Part shown: positions 12,610-22,028 of the stretch, piece after piece
Position numbering within the stretch: position 1 is the first letter of the stretch
Layout of the letters: each line of letters opens with the position of its first letter
NCBI GenBank assembly: GCA_950097015.1
Contig: CATNEN010000034.1
Span: 5,146,001-5,210,000, forward strand
DNA: 64,000 nt
Direction of reading: 5' to 3'
Origin: Macrostomum hystrix
Lineage: Eukaryota; Animalia; Platyhelminthes
Made by a program: the position numbers and the translations under genes
Notes under the pieces: model-generated
Seen by the model: only the letters and a program-made list of their open reading frames with translations
What the model was told of the DNA's origin: nothing
The model's database searches: none

Positions 12610-13497
12610 TGGAAAATTCAGGGATTCTGGAAGTTCATGGATTCTGGAAGTTCAGGGATTCTGGAAGTTCAGGGATTCTGGAAGTTCAGGGATTCTGGAA
12701 GTTCAGGGATTCTGGAAGTTCAGGGATTCTGGAAGTTCAGGGATTCTGGAAGTTCAGGGATTCTGGAAGTTCATAGATTCTGGAAGTTCAGGGATTCTGG
12801 AAGTTCAGGGATTCTGGAAGTTCAGGGATTCTGGAAGTTCAGGGATTCTGGAAGTTCAGGGATTCTGGAAGTTCAGGGATTCTGGAAGTTCAGGGATTCT
12901 GGAAGTTCAGGGATTCTGGAAGTTCAGGGATTCTGGAAGTTCAGGGATTCTGGAAGTTCAGGGATTCTGGAAGTTCAGGGATTCTGGAAGTTCTGGGATT
13001 CTGGAAGTTCAGGGATTCTGGAAGTTCAGGGATTCTGGAAGTTCAGGGATTCTGGAAGTTCAGGGATTCTGGAAGTTCAGGGATTCTGGAAGTTCAGGGA
13101 TTCTGGAAGTTCAGGGATTCTGGAAGTTCAGGGATTCTGGAAGTTCAGGGATTCTGGAAGTTCAGGGATTCTGGAAGTTCAGGGATTCTGGAAGTTCAGG
13201 GATTCTGGAAGTTCAGGGATTCTGGAAGTTCTGGGATTCTGGAAGTTCAGGGATTCTGGAAGTTCAGGGATTCTGGAAGTTCAGGGATTCTGGAAGTTCA
13301 GGGATTCTGGAAGTTCAGGGATTCTGGAAGTTCAGGGATTCTGGAAGTTCAGGGATTCTGGAAGTTCAGGGATTCTGGAAGTTCAGGGATTCTGGAAGTT
13401 CAGGGATTCTGGAAGTTCAGGGATTCTGGAAGTTCAGGGATTCTGGAAGTTCAGGGATTCTGGAAGTTCAGGGATTCTGGAAGTTCAGGGATTCTGA
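12610..13497. repeat. 17-bp intronic tandem repeat GTTCAGGGATTCTGGAA, near-homogeneous
   Basis: CTGGAA at 12661, 12678 etc.; ORF 12637..13497 is its translation. Confidence 0.97.
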
Positions 13498-13573
13498 AAG
13501 TACGGGAAGTTGTCATTTCACATAAAGTAGATCTTATAAAAACAAAGCTTCAAATTTTAAGAACTTTTTTTAC

Positions 13574-13746
13574 CTTGGGACTCAGGTGAGCGGCGTCCTT
13601 GTAATAGGTCCAGATGTTGCTGTCGTTACTGTAAGCCACCTTGTAGGCCGTGACCCAGGAGTCCCTAGATCCATCGCCTCTGCCCTTGGTGACCAGACCT
13701 GTGACCATTGTTGGTGGTCCAAGATCCATTTGGAGCCACTGGAGAG
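13574..13746 (-). CDS. Discoidin/F-lectin gene exon 5: LQWLQMDLGPPTMVTGLVTKGRGDGSRDSWVTAYKVAYSNDSNIWTYYKDAAHLSPK
   Basis: WLQxDLG, VT, GR and WVT.YKV.YS.D are F5/8C hallmarks. Acceptor TACCAG| 13747/13746 phase 1; donor AAG|GTAAAA 13574/13573 phase 0. Confidence 0.92.
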
Positions 13747-13774
13747 CTGGTATTGGAAGGCACGGGGTTATGTT

Positions 13775-14245
13775 CATAATTATGAAAATGGTCATAGTGA
13801 CTGATATGCTCATAATTATGAAAATGGTCATAGTGACTGATATGCTCATAATTATGAAAATGGTCATAGTGACTGATATGCTCATAATTATGAAAATGGT
13901 CATAGTGACTGATATGCTCATAGTTATGAAAATAGTCATAGTGACTGATATGCTCATAATTATGAAAATGGTCATAGTGACTGATATGCTCATAATTATG
14001 AAAATGGTCATAGTGACTGATATGCTCATAGTTATGAAAATAGTCATAGTGACTGATATGCTCATAATTATAAAAATGGTCATAGTGACTGATATGCTCA
14101 TAATTATAAAAATGGTCATAGTGACTGATATGCTCATTATTATAAAAATGGTCATAGTGACTGATATGCTCATAATTATAAAAATGGTCATAGTGACTGA
14201 TATGCTCATAATTATAAAAATGGTCATAGTGACTGATATGCTCAT
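13775..14245. repeat. 36-bp intronic tandem repeat CATAATTATGAAAATGGTCATAGTGACTGATATGCT
   Basis: Direct reading; 12-aa period in the ORF track. Confidence 0.95.
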
Positions 14246-14771
14246 ACTAAAAAACTACTCATTGTGGCTAAAATGACTTTTGGATGCCAGCACTCGAATG
14301 AAATTTTTGTTATTACGATTTGACCAAAAATGATTTGAAGCACCGAATGCAGCGAACAAAATTACAAGCCTACAGTCAGCAACAAACTGTTAGACCCACC
14401 ATAGACTAAGAGTTAGGCAGTTTAGGCAAGTGCAAACAAGTTCTACAACTGTTACTTATTGCTAGCATTTGTCTGCGTAATAAATGCTCTGGGCTTCAAT
14501 CTGAGGACCGCCCATGAGGCGACCTGCACCCGCATGCCCGATTCCTGACCACCAGACAGTGTGTGCCAGTAGTTAGTAGGAGGGCGGCAGTACAGATTCT
14601 GTATGTTTTTTGCATTCAACCGCTTTTCCAATGCGCTTTCTGCTTTCTCTCGTTTTCATTGAGTGTATAAGTGCTCGTAATTTCCGTGCGTACTCCTTTC
14701 CCTTTTTAGTCTCTTATGTTGTTTGACCTTGCAAGTATTCACTTTTAGTTTAAAATAATTTACATGCAAAT

Positions 14772-15786
14772 CTCTCAGATCCGCAGTCTCACACATCCCC
14801 AGTGTCACAGATACGCAGTCTCACAGATCCGCAGTCTCACACATCCCCAGTGTCACAGATCCCCAGTCTCACACATCCCCAGTGTCACAGATACGCAGTC
14901 TCACAGATCCGCAGTCTCACACATCCCCAGTGTCACAGATCCCCAGTCTCACACATCCCCAGTGTCACAGATACGCAGTCTCACAGATCCGCAGTCTCAC
15001 ACATCCCCAGTGTCACAGATACGCAGTCTCACAGATCCGCAGTCTCACACATCCCCAGTGTCACAGATACGCAGTCTCACAGATCCGCAGTCTCACACAT
15101 CCCCAGTGTCACAGATCCCCAGTCTCACACATCCCCAGTGTCACAGATACGCAGTCTCACACATCCCCAGTGTCACAGATATGCAGTCTCACACATCCCC
15201 AGTGTCACAGATACGCAGTCTCACACATCCCCAGTGTCACAGATCCCCAGTCTCACACATCCCCAGTGTCACAGATACGCAGTCTCACACATCCCCAGTG
15301 TCACAGATATGCAGTCTCACACATCCCCAGTGTCACACATCCCCAGTGTCACAGATCCGCAGTGTCACAGATCCGCAGTCTCACACATCCCCAGTGTCAC
15401 AGATACGCAGTCTCACAGATCCGCAGTCTCACACATCCCCAGTATCACAGATCCCCAGTCTCACACATCCCCAGTGTCACAGATCCCCAGTCTCACACAT
15501 CCCCAGTGTCACAGATCCCTAGTTTCACACATCCCCAGTGTCACAGATCCGCAGTCTCACACATCCCCAGTGTCACAGATACGCAGTCTCACAGATCCGC
15601 AGTCTCACACATCCCCAGTGTCACAGATCCCCAGTCTCACACATCCCCAGTGCCACAGATCCGCAGTCTCACACATCCCCAGTCTCACAGATCCGCAGTG
15701 TCACAGATCCGCAGTGTCACAGATCCCCAGTCTCACACATCCCCAGTGTCACAGATCCCCAGTGTCACACATCCCCAGTCTCACAC
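14772..15786. repeat. Intronic composite 16-bp minisatellite (CACAGATCCGCAGTCT / CACACATCCCCAGTGT variants)
   Basis: Direct reading of alternating 16-mer variants. Confidence 0.95.
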
Positions 15787-15841
15787 CTCCGCTGCCTTGT
15801 TCTTGTTACCATTGCACTCGCCACTGAATGCAATCACTCAC

Positions 15842-15982
15842 TGTTTTTGACCTTCGCGCACCAGGCTTTGTCTGTGAGGATGTGACCGTAAGAAGGGTCG
15901 CAAGTTCGCATTGATCGTCTGCCACGAGCGCTGGAAGCCGATAGTCTATCGTATGGCGGCACAGACAGCAGCTGCTTGCAGG
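15842..15982 (-). CDS. Discoidin/F-lectin gene exon 4: (P)CKQLLSVPPYDRLSASSARGRRSMRTCDPSYGHILTDKAWCAKVKN
   Basis: Acceptor CTCCAG| 15983/15982; donor A|GTGAGT 15842/15841; both phase 1. SASS and AWCA motifs of F5/8C domain 2. Confidence 0.88.
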
Positions 15983-16204
15983 CTGGAGTGAGTTGGTTGG
16001 TCGCACGGCGGCGTGAGGTGGTTGGGTAAGGTGTGGGGTTGATCCTTTGGTGGCGTGAGGTGGTTGGGTAGGTGTGGGGTGGGTCGCACGGCGGCGTGAG
16101 GTGATTGGGTAAGGTGTGGGGTTGGTCGGCATTCGTGCTAATGTACATTTATTTACTAGCTCGTAGAACATTCAGGAACAGATATTCGGCCTAAGGTGAC
16201 TCAC

Positions 16205-16493
16205 GTTGACAGCCGATAACTTCCATCCTCATGCTGGGATGTCCGTTGAACTTCACTGGGTAGACGCGCACAAAGCGAGCCCTCACCGGCTCGTCGAAAT
16301 AATTGTGCTTTACCGAGTACGCATCAGTGTTGCCATCGAAGACGCGCTGACGGCCGAACTGCTGAGAGTCCACGTAATCCCATTTGATGGCGTCCTGGCT
16401 GTAGCCCACTCGATAAGCCGTGACCCACTCTTTGCTGTCGCCGCGACCCTGGGTCATCACTCCGGTGACCAGGGCTTCAACTCCAAGATCCAC
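16205..16493 (-). CDS. Discoidin/F-lectin gene exon 3: VDLGVEALVTGVMTQGRGDSKEWVTAY...FDGNTD...RARFVRVYPVKFNGHPSMRMEVIGCQ
   Basis: Classic F5/8C C-terminal half. Acceptor ATCCAG| 16494/16493 phase 0; donor C|GTGAGT 16205/16204 phase 1. Confidence 0.95.
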
Positions 16494-16589
16494 CTGGATT
16501 TAAAAGCAACGTATTTGATTCATTCTGTTTATATGGATATGGGATAAATACTGATATAAAATTCTGGGAACACCGGGATGTGGAAAATA

Positions 16590-16938
16590 ATGGGGATATC
16601 ATGACCTGAGAAATTAAGGACATGATCTGGGAAAATGATAATATCATGATCTGAGATAATTTGAGATATCATGATATGGGGTAATTTGTGATAATTTGAG
16701 ACATCATGATCTGGGAAAATGAGAATATCATGATCTGGGATCATTTGGGACATCATGATCCGGGATAATTTGGGGATAATTTGGGATATCATGATCCGGG
16801 ATAATTTGGGATATCATGATCTGGGATAATTTGGGACATCATGATCCGGGATAATTTGGGGATAATTTGGGATATCATGATCCGGGATAATTTGGGATAT
16901 CATGATCCGGGATAATTTGGGATATCATGATCCGGGAT
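16590..16938. repeat. ~25-bp intronic tandem repeat (ATCATGATCCGGGATAATTTGGGAT)
   Basis: Direct reading; fills most of the 457-bp intron. Confidence 0.9.
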
Positions 16939-16950
16939 AAAAGGACAGAC

Positions 16951-17132
16951 CTGAAGCCACTCGGAGGTGCCCTTCTGCTCAGCGCACCAAGAGTGCCTGT
17001 TGGGCTGGTACAGTCGGCCGTATTTTTCCTCGCATCTGGGCGCCCACTCGCGTGGAAAAGTCGAGCTCGCTGTGATCTGCCAGTCGCGGATTTCACCAGA
17101 TATCATGCCCAATGGCCCGTCCTGAGTGCACT
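16951..17132 (-). CDS. Discoidin/F-lectin gene exon 2: (E)CTQDGPLGMISGEIRDWQITASSTFPREW...SWCAEQKGTSEWLQ
   Basis: PLGM.SG.I.D.QITASS is the F5/8C N-terminal signature. Acceptor CGCAG| 17133/17132 phase 1; donor CAG|GTCTGT 16951/16950. Confidence 0.93.
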
Positions 17133-17194
17133 CTGCGTGATTGAAGAAAATGCTGCTGCGTTTTCAGAGACTTACTGAAATCCTAATTAATTCC

Positions 17195-17645
17195 AATTCA
17201 TCCCAAATCCCGAATCCCAACTCAGAAATACCAATTCTTAGAAATCCCAATTAATAGAAATCCCAATTCTTAGAATTCATAGAAATCAAATTTCTAAGAA
17301 ATATTTTTTCATAGAAATCCCAAATCACAGAAATCCCAACTCACAGAAATCCCAACTCACAGAAATCCCAACTCACAGAAATCCCAACTCACAGATATCC
17401 CAACTCACAGAAATCCCAATTCATATAAATCCCAATTCTTAGAATTCATAGAAATCGAATTCCTAATTCATGAAAATCTCAACACACAGAACCCCAATTT
17501 ATAAAATCCCAACTTACAGAAATTCCGATTTATCAAAATCTCGATTTATCAAAATCTCAACTCACAGAAATCCCGATTCAAATAAATCCCATAGATATCC
17601 CATTTTATAGAAAACGCAACTCAAATAAATTCCAATTCATAGTAA
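17195..17645. repeat. Degenerate 16-bp intronic repeat (CACAGAAATCCCAACT)
   Basis: Clean copies at 17325-17410, degenerate flanks. Confidence 0.8.
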
Positions 17646-18024
17646 TCCTAAGTCATTGAGAGTAAGTCATTAAGTCATTGAAAAAACTCCGGTTTTTTTA
17701 CTTGCCGGTGTAAACTAATTTGTAGACTGAAGCAATAAAACAAAACTAAGCGGTCGGAACACAGTCGTGAAATAATAAAATAGTTATACGGAAAACATGC
17801 ACGACAGTATGTGCAAAAATTAACTGAAGAGTAACTTTTTCACTAGCTAACATCAGAGAGAATTGTATTACATCGTCTACTTTACGGAACTGCAGTTTCC
17901 AAGTTTGCTCGGATCAAAAAATTTCCCTACCAGTCAGTGAGGGCTATGAGGGACCTTTTTTAGTATTACGCTAAAAAACTTCCTTATTGTGCACATCACT
18001 CTTGATTGAAATTCATTGGGATTT

Positions 18025-18572
18025 CACTCTCCTCTCTAACTCACTCTCTCCTCTCTACGTCACTCTCTCTCCTCTCTACCTCACTCTCTCCTCTCTACCT
18101 CACTCTCTCTCCTCTCTACCTCACTCTCTCTCTCCTCTCTACCTCTCTCTCTCCTCTCTAGCTCACTCTCTCTCCTCTCTACCTCTCTCTCTCCTCTCTA
18201 CCTCTCTCTCTCCTCTCTACCTCACTCTCTCCTCTCTACCTCTCTCTCTCCTCTCTAGCTCACTCTCTCTCCTCTCTACCTCTCTCTCTCCTCTCTACCT
18301 CTCTCTCTCCTCTCTACCTCACTCTCTCCTCTCTACCTCTCTCTCTCCTCTCTACCTCACTCTCTCCTCTCTACCTCTCTCTCTCCTCTCTACCTCACTC
18401 TCTCCTCTCTACCTCTCTCTCTCCTCTCTACCTCACTCTCTCCTCTCTACCTCTCTCTCTCCTCTCTACCTCTCTCTCTCCTCTCTACCTCACTCTCTCC
18501 TCTCTACCTCTCTCTCTCTCTCCTATCTATCTCACTCTCTCTCTCCTCTCTAGCTCACTCTCGCTCATCTCT
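18025..18572. repeat. CT-rich (polypyrimidine) minisatellite CTCTCTACCTCACTCTCTC; resumes at 18863-19040
   Basis: Direct reading. Confidence 0.93.
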
Positions 18573-18696
18573 CAGTTCAGCACCGGCATCTCGTACGACC
18601 GAGTCAGTGCCACGGAGTTGAGTGAGTATGGATTGAGTTGCTGGGCGCTGCCGAATCGATTACGATATGTTGAGATTGAAAGCTGGATTTGAACAA

Positions 18697-18806
18697 GCGC
18701 CTATAGCCAAATGGCTGGAGCGCTGGGCTAGACTCTACTGATGAGCTCCAATAAGAGCGAAACGCGTCTGGAGTTGCCTTGGTTCGAATCCGGATTTCAA
18801 TTTTTT
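18697..18806 (+). mobile_element. tRNA-derived / SINE-like Pol III unit surrounding the hammerhead (A box, B box, T6)
   Basis: GCGCCTA-TAGCCAAATGG (A box 18704-14 at tRNA positions 8-18); GGTTCGAATCC 18781-91 (perfect B box); TTTTTT 18801-06. Confidence 0.6.
18731..18775 (+). ncRNA. Minimal type I hammerhead ribozyme (predicted GUC cleavage after 18768), antisense to the host intron
   Basis: Stem I GACTCTA(18731-37)/TGGAGTT(18769-75); core CTGATGA 18738-44; stem II GCTC-CAATAA-GAGC 18745-58; GAAA 18759-62; palindromic ACGCGT stem III; GTC triplet 18766-68. Confidence 0.88.
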
Positions 18807-18862
18807 CGATACATATCGCAATCGATTCCAACATTAGATTTTTTTAATTCAATGGGCAGTGT

Positions 18863-19040
18863 CCTCTCTCCTCTCTCCCGCTCTCTCTCCCTCTCTCCCT
18901 CTCTCTACCTCACTCTCTCTCTACCTCACTCTCTCTCCTGTCTACCTCTCACTCTGCTCTCTACCTCACTCTCTCTTTCCTCTCTACCTCACTCACTCTC
19001 TCCTCTCGTCTCTCCCCTCTACCCCTCTCTCCTCTCTACA
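18863..19040. repeat. Continuation of the CT-rich minisatellite
   Basis: Same CTCTCTACCTCACTCT units as 18025-18572. Confidence 0.88.
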
Positions 19041-19689
19041 TCATTAATTCCCTCACCTATCCTATCTACCAAACTCTCCTGTATGCGTAATAAATCTCCT
19101 CTCCCTTCTCTTTCCAGTCTCCCATTTGAAACATTATCCCACTTGACTGACTAGCTTTTATCCTGAATTTGGTATCGAATTTTCATTCTAAAGATTAGCC
19201 CGCGTGTTACAGAGCGCTGCCTTTACGTTGACAAATTCTTTTAGCATTCGACAAAATATTTTCAAGTGTTGCAACGAGAATTGTGGGACAACGCGAAACT
19301 GGGATTAAAACGGTGCGGACAGACAGTTGATCCCAACTCCCATATCCGGGTTAGAGTGGTTGGGATAAAATTTGAGCTTTTCAGCAACCGGATAGATAGG
19401 ATAAATAAGTAATGATGGGATAAAAATGGGATTAACAGTCTCAGCTAATCTTCAAGAGCTCTCAAATCCTCACATTGCTTTTAGTCTGTAACCACTTAAC
19501 AGCTGTCAGGCAAGCTCAATTAGCTTCTCTATAATCCCAAACTAGTGCATTTAGTCGCTGCTACTTTCTGGTTGGGAAAAATTTAAGAAGCTTATCTTCA
19601 ACATCTTCTGACTAAAAAGGAGTTTCTGGTCGGACAAAAAGTCGGCCTCAAAAAAGCTCGTCAGAAAGTTTACTTTTATAATTAACACA

Positions 19690-21190
19690 CGAGTTGTCTG
19701 TAGAGACTTGTCATCTATGAGTTGTCACATAGATTCTACAGTGAGTTGTTTGTAGTGACTTGTCATCTATGAGTTGTCGCATAGATTCTTCAGTGAGTTG
19801 TCTGTAGTTGTCATCTATGATTTGTCACATAGATTCTACAGTGAGTTGTCTGTAGTGACTTGTCATTGAGTTGTCTGTAATCTATATATTCTACAGTGAG
19901 TTGTCTGTAATCGATAGATTCTACAGTGAGTTGTCAGTAATCTATAGATTCTACAGTGAGTTGTCTGTAATCTATAGATTCTACAGTGAGTTGTCAGTAA
20001 TCTATAGATTCTACAGTGAGTTGTCAGTAATCTATAGATTCTACAGTGAGTTGTCTGTAATCTATAGATTCTACAGTGAGTTGTCAGTAATCTATAGATT
20101 CTACAGTGAGTTGTCTGTAATCTATAGATTCTACAGTGAGTTGTCAGTAATCTATAGATTCTACAGTGAGTTGTCTGTAATCTATAGATTCTACAGTGAG
20201 TTGTCAGTAATCTATAGATTCTACAGTGAGTTGTCTGTAATCTATATATTCTACAGTGAGTTGTCTGTAATCGATAGATTCTACAGTGAGTTGTCAGTAA
20301 TCTATAGATTCTACAGTGAGTTGTCAGAAATCTATAGATTCTACAGTGAGTTGTCAGTAATCTATAGATTCTACAGTGAGTTGTCAGAAATCTAGAGATT
20401 CTACAGTGAGTTGTCAGTAATCTATAGATTCTACAGTGAGTTGTCTGTAATCTATAGATTCTACAGTGAGTTGTCAGTAATCTATAGATTCTACAGTGAG
20501 TTGTCAGAAATCTAGAGATTCTACAGTGAGTTGTCAGTAATCTATAGATTCTACAGTGAGTTGTCAGTAATCTATAGATTCTACAGTGAGTTGTCAGTAA
20601 TCTATAGATTCTACAGTGAGTTGTCAGTAATCTATAGATTCTACAGTAAGTTGTCAGTAATCTATAGATTCTACAGTGAGTTGTCAGTAATCTATAGATT
20701 ATACAGTGAGTTGTCAGTAATCTATAGATTCTACAGTGAGTTGTCAGTAATCTATAGATTCTACAGTGAGTTGTCAGTAAACTATAGATTCTACAGTGAG
20801 TTGTCAGTAAACTATAGATTCTACAGTGAGTTGTCAGTAATCTATAGATTCTACAGTGAGTTGTCAGTAATCTATAGATTCTACAGTGAGTTGTCAGAAA
20901 TCTAGAGATTCTACAGTGAGTTGTCAGTAATCTATAGATTCTACAGTAAGTTGTCAGTAATCTATAGATTCTACAGTGAGTTGTCAGTAATCTATAGATT
21001 ATACAGTGAGTTGTCAGTAATCTATAGATTCTACAGTGAGTTGTCAGTAATCTATAGATTCTACAGTGAGTTGTCTGTAACCTATAGATTCTACAGTGAG
21101 TTGTCAGTAACCTATAGATTCTACAGTGAGTTGTCTGTAGTGACTTGTCATCTATGAGTTGTGACATAGATTCGACAGTGAGTTGTCTGT
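19690..21190. repeat. 30-bp intronic tandem repeat AGTGAGTTGTCAGTAATCTATAGATTCTAC
   Basis: Exact 30-bp phase across the 60-nt lines 19921-21121. Confidence 0.97.
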
Positions 21191-21256
21191 AGTCTATTTT
21201 CTACGGCAAGTTGGTGTTTTATGCAATTATATTCAAATCGTAATCAAATATCTTAC

Positions 21257-21335
21257 CAATGTCGCTCGCTTGCAGAAATTCTGTACCCTGTACAAGCAGC
21301 AGCAGCAGCAGCATCATCGCCAGAGTTGAAGACAT
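21257..21335 (-). CDS. Discoidin/F-lectin gene coding exon 1, signal peptide MSSTLAMMLLLLLLVQGTEFLQASDI. Full CDS 8 exons, 1611 nt, 536 aa (552 aa with the 8897 acceptor).
   Basis: ATG at 21335; hydrophobic core; donor G|GTAAGA 21257/21256 phase 1 joins exon 2 as G+AG=Glu. An upstream acceptor TTTTCAG| at 21359/21358 implies a non-coding 5' exon or a trans-splice site. Confidence 0.85.
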
Positions 21336-22028
21336 TACTATTTTGACTTTTGATTTGTCTGAAAATGGCAATAGTTATAAAACTGCAATTTTTTCTATCA
21401 AAGATAACAATTTTTCATACAGCCGACTGTTCTCAAACAGTTCTCAAATTCACCCACCCACCCCTCGCCATTGCGCGAAGCCCTTTATCAGGTCTTTCCA
21501 TCTCAGACGCATCCAGCGTTTAGCTAGTAAAGTCGGCAGACACACTGGTGCCATCATTGTCTGCAACTGTTCTTCTTTTGCCTTGGACACAGACAGGCAA
21601 GGGCTGAAGACGAATATCTTGGCAGTTTTAAAAGCTTTCATCTGTTCTAAATATATATTGAAAACTGAAGTATAAGAGAATAGTGGGCCAGATTACAATC
21701 TCAAAACTAGATAAAAATTTGCGATAAGGGGATACTTACTAGCATAGCACACTTTAAAAGCCAGGTTGGTAAGCTCAACAAAGCAAGCTTCAGAAGAAAC
21801 ATAATCTAGATCTCATAGGTGGAATTTTACAGCACAGATTGTTTTTTGGACAACAGCAATCTGATTAAGCCTCTATAATAATGTAGTTTAGTAATGCATA
21901 ACAGATTTTTGTTACTTGCTTAACACAATCTTTGTCACGATGAATTATGTGTTGACATAATCAATTCTAAATAATCTGATTATACACTATTTTTGTGTTT
22001 AATTCTGCAAAAGCAAAAAATACAACTC

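Noticed and set aside
10098-13497. CRISPR-like arrays of 24-36-bp repeats
   Set aside because: Units are head-to-tail with no unique spacers, no cas genes, and a eukaryotic intron context
14501-14525. CTGAGGA followed by a CGCC/GGCG hairpin
   Set aside because: No GAAA after the stem, so it is not a hammerhead
18697-18800. Functional tRNA gene
   Set aside because: The acceptor stem 3' strand and the anticodon stem do not pair, and the T stem is degenerate; only promoter boxes remain
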